Below are positions 20,354 to 29,243 of a stretch of 64,000 bases of DNA, one piece after another (within the stretch, counting starts at the first letter, position 1; each line of letters opens with the position of its first letter). This DNA is from an uncultured bacterium. Lineage in GTDB: Bacteria; Armatimonadota; Abditibacteriia; Abditibacteriales; Abditibacteriaceae. Position numbers and translations under genes: made by a program. The notes under the pieces are model-generated. The model was not told the origin of the DNA. It saw only the letters and a list, made by a program, of their open reading frames with translations, and searched no databases. The stretch covers positions 2,046,001 to 2,110,000 of the forward strand of contig CAWJLW010000006.1 of NCBI GenBank assembly GCA_963843795.1, given 5' to 3'.

Positions 20354-22090
20354 ATGACTATAAAGCGAACGGGGCGCGAACGCAAAAGCGAGGCGCATAA
20401 ATTTCTGACACACGCTCTGATTTTGACAGCAGTTTGTGGCGCGGCTGGACTGGGAAATCTGGGAGCTGCGTATGCTCAAAATGACCAGACCGTCATCGGC
20501 AATGGTGGGCCAGCGCGCTCCGTCTATTTTTATGGAACTGGCGACGAAAAAGCCGTGAAAATTGGCGCGTGGGGTAATGGCGTGGCCAGTAAAACGCGTG
20601 GTGTCGATTACGAAGGCATCGAAACGCTGCGCGCCGTGACGCGCAACCTCAACGAAGGTATTCGCTTCGATCTCACTACACCGGTTCCCATCGCGTCCTA
20701 TTTGGCCGATGGCCTTTTCCGTATGCGTGTGCGCTTTGGCACCGGACGCGGTGGTTTTGGCGGCATGGGCGGAATGGGTGGATTTCCCGGCATGGGAAGC
20801 AGCGGTGCTCGTGGCGGTGGTGGATTTCCGGGCGCTGAGGGCGGATTTCCCGGCGGTGGCGGGTTTCCCGACGGTGAAGGCGGCTTTCCGGGTGGCGGCG
20901 GTTTTCAAGATGGAGGGTTTCCCGGCGGCGACGGTTTTCCCGGCGGTGGCGGAGGCTACGGTGGCGGATTTCCCGGCGGTGGCGGATTTCGTGGTGGTTA
21001 CGTTGGCAAAGAGCAGCAGTCGCCCGCATTAGGTATCCCCTCGCTATCATCGAACATGCCTTATTGGCGTGGTTCGGCTCAGTATGGTGGTACACCACGC
21101 GGTGGCGGCGGTGACCCACGCGGCGGTGGCGGCTACGGCGGAGGCACACCTGGTGGCGGAGGCTACGGCGGAGGCACGCCTGACGGAGGAGGCTATGGCG
21201 GGGGCACGCCTGGCGGTGGTGGATACGGGGGCGGTACACCGGACGGCGGCGGTTTCGGTGGTGGCTTTCCCGGTGGTGGCGGTTTCGGTGGGCGTGGTGG
21301 ACGTGGAGGGCGCGGTGGACGCGCGACCACGGAAATCACACGTTTCCAAGTGACCTTTATGTTGGATCGCGGCGTGATGGTTGGCGGAATCGACTTCACT
21401 ACGCGTTCGCCGCGTCCTGATCAGGGCGGCTGGCAATTGCTTAGCTTACCGATCAGTGAGATGCGTGCCACACCCGATGCCAGCGGTGCCCTACGTCGGG
21501 TGATTATAACCAGTGACAAAGAAGACACTTGGTATTTGGCTCAAGCAGCGTTGGTGGCTGAAACCAGCGACATTAAAGTTTCGATTCGCCAGAAAAGTGA
21601 TCCGCCGGGTGCCCAAATTGCCGAAATTACCGTGCGCCCCGGTCCCCTGACTTTAGTGGCTGACGTGGAAGCCGGTGCAACTGATACGACCGTCGAATGG
21701 AACTTCGACGCCGATAAAGTTGGAAATCTGCCCTTTCCCGGCATGGCCAATGGGATGATGGGAGGTTATCCGGGTGGTGGAATGGCAGGAGGCGGCGGTT
21801 TTCCCGGCGCTATGGGTGGCCTACCCGCCGCAGGTGGCAGCAGCTCTCGTGGAGGCGGAACGCCAGCAGGCGGTGGCTATCCGGGTGGGACACCTGCAGG
21901 TGGCGGTTATGCGGGCGGCGAAGGTGGTATGGAAATGGACTTGGGGCCGCGCATTGATGCACGTGGTTTGCAGGCGCGTTTCGAATATCCCAACGAAGAG
22001 CAAAACTATCGTGTCGAAGTCACAGTCCGCGACCGCAGTGGCAAAAAGTCGCCAGCCACTTCCTCAATTTTGGTCAAAGTGCGCGGCTAG
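20354..22090 (+). CDS. Secreted glycine-rich low-complexity protein
   Basis: Signal-like N-terminus; GGFPG and GGGYGGGTP repeats between globular segments. Confidence 0.7.
   Translation: MTIKRTGRERKSEAHKFLTHALILTAVCGAAGLGNLGAAYAQNDQTVIGNGGPARSVYFYGTGDEKAVKIGAWGNGVASKTRGVDYEGIETLRAVTRNLNEGIRFDLTTPVPIASYLADGLFRMRVRFGTGRGGFGGMGGMGGFPGMGSSGARGGGGFPGAEGGFPGGGGFPDGEGGFPGGGGFQDGGFPGGDGFPGGGGGYGGGFPGGGGFRGGYVGKEQQSPALGIPSLSSNMPYWRGSAQYGGTPRGGGGDPRGGGGYGGGTPGGGGYGGGTPDGGGYGGGTPGGGGYGGGTPDGGGFGGGFPGGGGFGGRGGRGGRGGRATTEITRFQVTFMLDRGVMVGGIDFTTRSPRPDQGGWQLLSLPISEMRATPDASGALRRVIITSDKEDTWYLAQAALVAETSDIKVSIRQKSDPPGAQIAEITVRPGPLTLVADVEAGATDTTVEWNFDADKVGNLPFPGMANGMMGGYPGGGMAGGGGFPGAMGGLPAAGGSSSRGGGTPAGGGYPGGTPAGGGYAGGEGGMEMDLGPRIDARGLQARFEYPNEEQNYRVEVTVRDRSGKKSPATSSILVKVRG
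21122..21241 (+). repeat. 30-bp in-frame tandem repeat x4 ([G/D]GGGYGGGTP)
   Basis: Units at 21122, 21152, 21182, 21212 with synonymous divergence. Confidence 0.85.
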
Positions 22091-22153
22091 TTTTAGCGTA
22101 CAAACTGTAACTCGCAAATTATAGGGCAAGTCCCTGCACCATAATTCAAAATG

Positions 22154-22187
22154 AAAAGCAGCGTCCGAAGTTTCGGACGCTGCTTTT
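22154..22187. terminator. Intrinsic bidirectional terminator
   Basis: AAAAGCAGCGTCCGAA-GT-TTCGGACGCTGCTTTT between convergent genes. Confidence 0.85.
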
Positions 22188-22233
22188 TTAATTCGTAAGG
22201 TTTGATACGTAAAGTTGAAATTTCTGAGTGCTT

Positions 22234-22566
22234 TCAGTAACGACGGGTGCGGACGTGCGGCGAAATCCAATCTGGTGGGCCAGGAATGTAAGCGGTCACA
22301 AAGCGCACTACGAAAACGCCATCCGCCTCTTTGCCCAGTTCGCACACCACATGTAGCGGACAAGTATTACGCGAAGACAAATGAAAGCGCCCAGCGATGA
22401 GATAGCGTTTCTGTTCCGCATAAGTTTCCAGCAGTCGCCCTCCCATTATCGCGCCTACACAGTGTTCCTTATCGAAACCTTCTTCCATCATGTGCAGTTG
22501 TGCGTGCGCCCCGATGCGGTAACGCCCGTTATCCACAAGTCCGCGAATCTCAGCCAATGGGGTCAT
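22234..22566 (-). CDS. DUF4258-like protein (putative RelE/BrnT-like toxin fold)
   Basis: HAQLHMMEEG...LETY...RYLIAG...PLHVVC...VTAYIP...W pattern. Confidence 0.6.
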   Translation of the reverse strand: MTPLAEIRGLVDNGRYRIGAHAQLHMMEEGFDKEHCVGAIMGGRLLETYAEQKRYLIAGRFHLSSRNTCPLHVVCELGKEADGVFVVRFVTAYIPGPPDWISPHVRTRRY

Positions 22567-22724
22567 CGCAACACCTCCGCTAAAACTTTTCTACGCGACG
22601 TGCAACCAATTTGTCACACGTTATTTTTATTATACCGTTTCAAACCGCTCAGGTTGAATTTTCGCTTCAAAACGCACTGCAAGTACTTGCGAGGTTCAAT
22701 TCCGACATTTTATAGTTTAAACGC

Positions 22725-23612
22725 ATGAATCAAATTTCAAAATTCCATTCAAAACCTCATTATTGCGCGACTCTTGAACGTGCCGTCACCGTTCAGGGCA
22801 TTGGCCTGCACAGCGGCGACACCGCGAATTTGCGGCTCGAACCGAGCGAAACCCCCGGCTGGGTTTTCGTGCGTAGCGATTTACCCACAGCGCCCACAAT
22901 TCCCGCGCTTCCCTCGTCCATCGCGCAGACTACACACGCCACGGTATTGGCCTATGAAGACGCCACGGTTTCCACTGTCGAGCACTTACTGGCCGCGCTG
23001 TGGACGCAGAATATCACTCAGTGCCGCATCGTTCTCGATGGCCCTGAGGTGCCGATTTTGGATGGCAGCGCGCTTCCCTGGTGCAAGTACTTGCAGAAAG
23101 CCGGACGAAGAATTTTGTCGCAAAAGCGTCCAATTTACGGCTTAAAGCGTTCAATCTGCGTGCAACGAGGCGACGCTTATTTATGGGCGCTGCCACATGA
23201 TGCATTGCGAGTCAGCGCGCGCGTGAGTTTCGATACGGTTTGGGATTCGACTCAAAGCGTTGATTTGCAGGTCGCCGCCGATTCATTTGCGCGCGAACTG
23301 GCCCCTGCCCGAACCTTTACTCTCCCTGCTTGGCTCGAACCTCTGCGTGCGGCAGGTCTGATTAAAGGCGGCTCGTTGGATAATGCGCTGCTGTTAGATT
23401 CTGATGGTCCATCTTCGCCGTGGCGTTTGGAAAATGAGTTGGCGCGCCACAAAGCGCTCGATGCTATCGGCGACTTGGCTTTGTTGTTCGGCGGCGATGG
23501 CGGCGTCTTGCACGCTCATATTATCGCGCTCAAAGCCGGACACGATTTGCATCGTTTGTGGATGCAGCAGTGTCTGCAATGCGGAGCGCTGCAACGTTTG
23601 GAGCTTGAGTAA
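22725..23612 (+). CDS. lpxC: UDP-3-O-acyl-N-acetylglucosamine deacetylase
   Basis: GIGLHSG, TVEHLLAAL, EVPILDGSA, APARTF, RHKALDAIGDL, GH. Confidence 0.93.
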   Translation: MNQISKFHSKPHYCATLERAVTVQGIGLHSGDTANLRLEPSETPGWVFVRSDLPTAPTIPALPSSIAQTTHATVLAYEDATVSTVEHLLAALWTQNITQCRIVLDGPEVPILDGSALPWCKYLQKAGRRILSQKRPIYGLKRSICVQRGDAYLWALPHDALRVSARVSFDTVWDSTQSVDLQVAADSFARELAPARTFTLPAWLEPLRAAGLIKGGSLDNALLLDSDGPSSPWRLENELARHKALDAIGDLALLFGGDGGVLHAHIIALKAGHDLHRLWMQQCLQCGALQRLELE

Positions 23613-23782
23613 GTCTCAATGAGCGCTGCAAGTACTTGCCGAATGTTATTACACGACTTTTACTACCGTATTTTGTGCTTGGTGTAAAGAAATTTACACA
23701 GATCGAAAATATACGGCAACGAAAGTTCGACATTAATGTTTTGCGGGTATAATTCGTAGTGTCAGTTATTTTTGGAGGAATT

Positions 23783-24451
23783 ATGCCTATTTATTCTTTT
23801 TTTTCCGGGCAGAGCGGTTCAATCGTTAAACGCAAAACACGCTCACCCAAGGGCTTCACGCTCATCGAACTTTTAGTTGTGATAGCGATCATTGCGATCC
23901 TGGCGGCGATTCTGTTTCCCGTGTTCGCACGTGCCCGTGAAAACGCACGCCGCGCCAGTTGCGGCAGCAACTTGAAGCAGATCGCACTTGGAATGTTTCA
24001 ATACACGCAGGATTACGACGAGCGCTACATTCAACCGCAGAACGACAACAACACGATGGTTCTGGTGTTGCAACCTTACATCAAGAGCACGCAATTATTC
24101 ATTTGTCCTTCGGCCAACGGTGAAGCCACGACGCAGCTCACAGCCCTGACGCGTAATGTCAGTTGGAAAGTAGGCAACCCTGCCGCCGTGCCCTCAACGC
24201 AATCTAGAGGCAGTTACGGCATGAACACAGCCTTGGAAGGTTTGTCGATATCGGAAGTGCAGACCAGCGCGCTGGTGCCGATGTTTTTCGATGGCACATG
24301 GTATACCGAAGCCAATTCAGGCGCGGGCGGCGGCGGTAGCACCATTCAAGCGGGCACACGCCACTTCGATGGCAATAACATCGCTTACGCCGATGGTCAC
24401 GTCAAATGGTTCAATACGCTCAAGCAAGACTTAAACATGACCGTGCGTTAA
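23783..24451 (+). CDS. DUF1559 prepilin-type N-terminal cleavage/methylation protein with H-X9-DG motif
   Basis: [66 protein letters not shown]. Confidence 0.92.
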   Translation: MPIYSFFSGQSGSIVKRKTRSPKGFTLIELLVVIAIIAILAAILFPVFARARENARRASCGSNLKQIALGMFQYTQDYDERYIQPQNDNNTMVLVLQPYIKSTQLFICPSANGEATTQLTALTRNVSWKVGNPAAVPSTQSRGSYGMNTALEGLSISEVQTSALVPMFFDGTWYTEANSGAGGGGSTIQAGTRHFDGNNIAYADGHVKWFNTLKQDLNMTVR

Positions 24452-24493
24452 ATAGCGATAATTCGAACAACGATTCACGCGTTTTCACAACCG

Positions 24494-24531
24494 ATAAAAC
24501 CCCGGCAACTTCATAGTTGCCGGGGTTTTAT
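24494..24531. terminator. Intrinsic bidirectional terminator
   Basis: ATAAAACCCCGGCAACT-TCAT-AGTTGCCGGGGTTTTAT. Confidence 0.85.
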
Positions 24532-24588
24532 TCATAGACAAAGACTGAATTTCAAGCTCTTCGCCGCTCTATGCACTAGGCCGAGGCT

Positions 24589-25368
24589 TTACCGAGCCGC
24601 TCCCCTCCACCAACCGTTGGGGCTTTTGCTGGGAAAACGTATATCCGGCGCACCATTGCCGTTCACTTCATAACGCACAATGCAATTGGGCCACAAAGCA
24701 GCCAGACCCGGATAATCGTCGTCGGCCACCACATCGTATTTACGACCGATTTGAAAGCGGTTGAACTGAGTGGCGGCTTCGCGAGTTTTAAAGACGAAAA
24801 TCTGCATCGCTTTCCATTTGCTTTGACCACCGAACTGCTGGTGCGCAAAAGTCGCCATTCCAGCCGCACGCTGTGAACTCACATTCGGGTCTTTGGCGGC
24901 CAGACCCACAACACCCCATTGCAAATCGGGATTGGGAGGCGAAACCACATCGTATTCCACCACATCTGCGATCTTCATCGAGGTTCCAGCACCGCCGCCT
25001 GGAGCTGGCACAGTTAAAGTGCCAGTAAATGGATCAGGAGACGGACCGCTGTCACGTCCACTTGTGCGAGGTGGTTTGGGAATCGGCCCTGCGACATTGT
25101 CGGTGGTGCCTTCACCGCCGCTGCTTCCCATCATTTGCGAAACACCAAAGCCCAGCGCCAGAACAACCGCGACTGCGACGACGCCGATTTGCCACGGCTC
25201 GACGGCCTTCTTTTCTTTCTTCTCAGCGGTGGTTACAGGCGTAGCGGCCATCGCCGCCGTACCACCGCCGGCAACGGCACCAGCCGTCAGGGGCGTATAG
25301 CAAGCCCAACACATCACGGCTTCCGCCGGATTCATTTCACCGCACTTGGGACATTTTTTTTGGCTCAC
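24589..25368 (-). CDS. Zinc-ribbon membrane-anchored hypothetical protein
   Basis: CPKCG...CWAC N-terminus, one TM helix. Confidence 0.7.
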   Translation of the reverse strand: MSQKKCPKCGEMNPAEAVMCWACYTPLTAGAVAGGGTAAMAATPVTTAEKKEKKAVEPWQIGVVAVAVVLALGFGVSQMMGSSGGEGTTDNVAGPIPKPPRTSGRDSGPSPDPFTGTLTVPAPGGGAGTSMKIADVVEYDVVSPPNPDLQWGVVGLAAKDPNVSSQRAAGMATFAHQQFGGQSKWKAMQIFVFKTREAATQFNRFQIGRKYDVVADDDYPGLAALWPNCIVRYEVNGNGAPDIRFPSKSPNGWWRGAAR

Positions 25369-25603
25369 GGAAATTCCCTCAATTATCCGAAATTTGTTGC
25401 TACAAACTTCATTAGTAATTTTAATTCTTTAAGTCGCCCGCTTGCTGCAAATAATTTTTCAATAGTTCGCAACGAACAAAAGCGCAACTACATTCTACCC
25501 GATAAATTGCTTTTCCGAACCTTTACAGAAAATAAGACCTTCCCAAACTCACAGTAGAGTCTGCTGTTGTCAATTCAGATTTCAGTTTTATCAAACACTG
25601 GCT

Positions 25604-27094
25604 TCATCGAATATCGGCTTCACCAATTCGATGTACGCGCATCAGGTTGGTAGAACCCATATGAGAAACCGGCGCGCCCAGTGTTACAATTACGGTGTCA
25701 CCCAGTGAAATTTCGCTAAAGCGCTCCAAAAGTTCATCAGTTTGTTCGATCAATTCATCGGTGCTACCACGACGTTCGATCACTAAAGGTTGCACGCCCC
25801 ACGCCAATTGTAAGCGTCGCGCGATATGCTCGTGCAAAGTCAGCGCAATGATTGGAACCGGAGGGCGGAATTTGGCCAGTTTCAGGGCTGTGGTGCCGCT
25901 TTCGGTAAAGCACGCGATGGCTTTGGCTTTAAGCGCCGCTGAAGCGTGCGCTGCGGCTTCGCACACCGCGCCCGTAATGTCGCATTCATCGCCAGGACGG
26001 TGACGGCGCGCTTCCCAGCCGCTATCGGTTTCTTCTTCGACTTTTTCGATGATCGTGGCCATCATTCTCAAAGTTTCCAACGGATACTGACCGGCTGCGG
26101 TTTCACCTGACAACATCAATGCGTCGGTGCCATCGAGAACCGCATTCGCCACATCCGAAGTTTCCGCGCGCGTGGGACGTTGCTGCGTCGTCATCGATTC
26201 CAACATTTGCGTCGCTGTGATGACGATTTTGTTGCCCTCATTGGCCGCGCTGATAATTTTCTTTTGCAACAACGGCACGTCCTGCGGCTGCATTTCGACG
26301 CCTAGATCTCCGCGCGCCACCATCACGCCGTCCGATAAAGCAATGATCTCGTGCAAGTTGTCGATGGCTTCGGGTTTTTCCAGCTTGGAAATAATCTGCG
26401 CCGTCGAACCTTTGGCATCAATTAAATTGCGCAGTTCCAGCACATCTTCGGGACGGCGCACAAACGACAACGCCACGAAATCAACACCATTTTCCAATCC
26501 CCACTCGACATCGTAGCGATCTTTTTCGGAAAGCGCCGGAGCCGAAACCGCCACGCCCGGAAGGTTAATGCCCTTGTTGGCTTTGAGAACACCGCCATCA
26601 GTCACCGTGCAAATCACATCGGTATCGTTAACGCGCTCAACTTGCAATGCGATGAGACCGTCATCGAGCAAAATAGTGTCACCGCGACGGCAATCGTTAG
26701 GTAATGCCTGATAAGTGGTCGAAACCTGGCGCTCATCGCCCGGCACCGGGCGCGTAGTCAACACAAATTTCGCGCCGATAACCAGTTGCGTATCGGCATA
26801 CGCCACCGGGCCGGTGCGAATTTTCGGGCCTTGCAAATCTTGCAATATCGCCACCGGCTGGCCGATTTCTTCACTGACGCGCCGCAGACGCGCGATATGT
26901 TCAGCCTGCAATTCGGGTCCGCCGTGCGAAAAATTAAAGCGCGCCACGTTCATTCCGTGCAGCAACATCGCGCGCATCATCGACTCATGGCGCGACGATG
27001 GCCCAATCGTACATACGATCTTGGCGCGTCGCGACCACATGGGCTGGATTTCTGGCAGAGCAGCTTTTGGCGATATGGGCGCAGATGAACTCAT
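25604..27094 (-). CDS. pyk: Pyruvate kinase
   Basis: KIVCTIGP, RFNFSHG, DLQGPKIR, VARGDLGVE, ATQMLESM, MLSGETA. Confidence 0.97.
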   Translation of the reverse strand: MSSSAPISPKAALPEIQPMWSRRAKIVCTIGPSSRHESMMRAMLLHGMNVARFNFSHGGPELQAEHIARLRRVSEEIGQPVAILQDLQGPKIRTGPVAYADTQLVIGAKFVLTTRPVPGDERQVSTTYQALPNDCRRGDTILLDDGLIALQVERVNDTDVICTVTDGGVLKANKGINLPGVAVSAPALSEKDRYDVEWGLENGVDFVALSFVRRPEDVLELRNLIDAKGSTAQIISKLEKPEAIDNLHEIIALSDGVMVARGDLGVEMQPQDVPLLQKKIISAANEGNKIVITATQMLESMTTQQRPTRAETSDVANAVLDGTDALMLSGETAAGQYPLETLRMMATIIEKVEEETDSGWEARRHRPGDECDITGAVCEAAAHASAALKAKAIACFTESGTTALKLAKFRPPVPIIALTLHEHIARRLQLAWGVQPLVIERRGSTDELIEQTDELLERFSEISLGDTVIVTLGAPVSHMGSTNLMRVHRIGEADIR

Positions 27095-27386
27095 AATGTT
27101 TCCTTGACTTAAATTTCCGGGCCGTGTCTATTGAACAGCGCACATTGGCAACGTGTGAACGCAATTAAACAGCGAACGCAACTCAATCGTGAACCCTATC
27201 CTCATTACACCACGTTCGGCTAGCGACAGCAGAGCATGCACTGTGATATTTACACCCTATCACACGCAAAAAAACTGGAAACGAAAATGTCGTTTCCAGT
27301 TTTTGCTCAAAAAATGCCTGGCAAGTACTTGCTACAAGTACTTGCCAAGCGCACAACAGCGTTTTAACGCATTTTGGCTCCAATCT

Positions 27387-28349
27387 TTAACCCCGAACAC
27401 CCGAATCTACAACGTTGAGAGCGTCGTTGCCTTGCATAAACGAAATGCGATAATTGCCGGTATTATAATAACTGCGATTGGCATTTTGTGAGCTGTAAGC
27501 TTTCAACAGATAACGAATCCCGTTCCATTTTTCCTTACCCAGACTGGGCTTCCACGCTTCATCGACAGTAGCAAAAAACGGATTGACCTCAACTCTGTTT
27601 TGCAAACGTTGCAGATTCACGTAACTTTCGTTGTTGACGAATACACCAACCGAAGCTTCCAAAACCTCGTTTAAGCCCAAGTAGCGAAAAGCGCGCAGCG
27701 GCGGACGCGGCCCGCTGCGTGTTCCTGTCATCAGCGCGAACAAAGCGCGCTTGTCCATGCCGCCGATTTTTGCGCGCAATTCTTGCAAAGAAAACATTTC
27801 TCCGGCGACCTGATGCGTTTTGGCGGTTTCAAAATTCTCGATTTCGCTCACGCTGTTAATCGGATACGCATCGGCGATTGTTTTCAAAGCGATGGCGTTG
27901 AAAGCGTTAAGCCAGAAAGCCAGTTCCCAACTGCGATCCAGTTCGGGCGCTTTTTTCTCTTTAGGAGTGGCCACCGCAGCCGGTGTGTCATCTTTCTTGT
28001 CGCCGCCTGCGGACTTGATTTCAAAAACCGGAAACTGTTTCAAATCGGCGCTACCCACCGCGCGCACAAAACGATCTAAATTTGGATTGCCCTTGAGCTT
28101 AGCGTAATCGACGTTACCGCGATCATCAATGGCGTCTTTAATCGCCAAATCAAAAAGCGAAAACGGAAATAACACGCCCTGACTAAATTTCTCGTCTTCA
28201 GTGGGAGCAGGCGTTGCCGGTGTTTCGTTTTTCGACGTTTCAGCTGCGGTTTCCGTTTTTGGCGCATCTTGCGCGTAAATCGGCACGGCGATGGGCGCGA
28301 TAGCGAATAATGTCAACCAGAGCGGCGTGCGTTTTGAGATATTTTTCAT
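27387..28349 (-). CDS. Secreted DUF547-like protein
   Basis: Signal peptide; GNVDYAKLK, LAFWLNAFNA, YPINSV. Confidence 0.65.
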   Translation of the reverse strand: MKNISKRTPLWLTLFAIAPIAVPIYAQDAPKTETAAETSKNETPATPAPTEDEKFSQGVLFPFSLFDLAIKDAIDDRGNVDYAKLKGNPNLDRFVRAVGSADLKQFPVFEIKSAGGDKKDDTPAAVATPKEKKAPELDRSWELAFWLNAFNAIALKTIADAYPINSVSEIENFETAKTHQVAGEMFSLQELRAKIGGMDKRALFALMTGTRSGPRPPLRAFRYLGLNEVLEASVGVFVNNESYVNLQRLQNRVEVNPFFATVDEAWKPSLGKEKWNGIRYLLKAYSSQNANRSYYNTGNYRISFMQGNDALNVVDSGVRG

Positions 28350-28466
28350 AATTTTCCTGCGGGTTCTTATTTTTAAATTTCGATGCGTCGCGCTTGACGA
28401 CCGAACGGGCGCGCGGTTCATCTGCGCTCTGCAAGTACTTGCCGCAGGTACTTGCCAGACATATTT

Positions 28467-29240
28467 TTAATCGCCAGCCTGAGTTTTCAAAGCAGCAATC
28501 TCTTCCATAATGCGCTGCGCGATAGTTTCCAGCGTGGCGCGGTCACCTTTCCGTTCATACTCTTCGTGAAAATAGAGCGGCTGTCCGTAGAAAATTTCGG
28601 CTTTCACTAAGCGCGTCTTCGGTTGCTGATACGAATAACAACCTTCAGTACCTTTAATGTAAGCTGGCACAACTGGCGCTTTAGCTTTGTGAGCGATGAG
28701 CGCGATGCCGAGTTCAGGTGTCCCTAAATTGCCATCGCGCGTGCGCGTGCCTTCAGGAAAAATTACCAGCGCGCCATCATCGGCAAGTACTTGCAGCGCG
28801 CGTTTGATGGCGCGTCGGTCGGCTGTGCCACGTCGCACCGGAAACGTGCCCATATGCTGAATCACACGTCCCAGAATGCGCAAGCCGAAATGCTTCTTCT
28901 GGAACAATTCAATTTTTCCCATCGTGGTTGCCAAACGTGGCAAGCTCGAACCCACAAGCGGCGGATCGAGCAGGGATTTATGATTGGGCGCAACGATAAG
29001 TGGCCCGCTCATCGGAATGTTTTCGCGCCCGTGAATTTCCCAGCCACCGATGCGAAAATAAACCGAATACAGCCCGAACATGGTGTGATAAATCCAATCG
29101 TGATGCGGCACGATTTCTTCATCCAACGCTTCAATTTCCGCTTCGCGTGCGACCGCACGATGCCACGCCCAACGCGCGCCAATCGCTGTCGCTATCACAC
29201 CGATGCCCGCTGTCCACAACTTCTTCCGCTGAATTTCCAT
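28467..29240 (-). CDS. plsC: 1-acyl-sn-glycerol-3-phosphate acyltransferase
   Basis: NHKSLLDP, FPVRR, IFPEGTR. Confidence 0.9.
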   Translation of the reverse strand: MEIQRKKLWTAGIGVIATAIGARWAWHRAVAREAEIEALDEEIVPHHDWIYHTMFGLYSVYFRIGGWEIHGRENIPMSGPLIVAPNHKSLLDPPLVGSSLPRLATTMGKIELFQKKHFGLRILGRVIQHMGTFPVRRGTADRRAIKRALQVLADDGALVIFPEGTRTRDGNLGTPELGIALIAHKAKAPVVPAYIKGTEGCYSYQQPKTRLVKAEIFYGQPLYFHEEYERKGDRATLETIAQRIMEEIAALKTQAGD

Positions 29241-29243
29241 AAC

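Noticed and set aside
24494..24531. GGCAACT...AGTTGCC hairpin as a variant of the palindrome
   Set aside because: The core differs and has a 4-nt loop; treated as an ordinary terminator.
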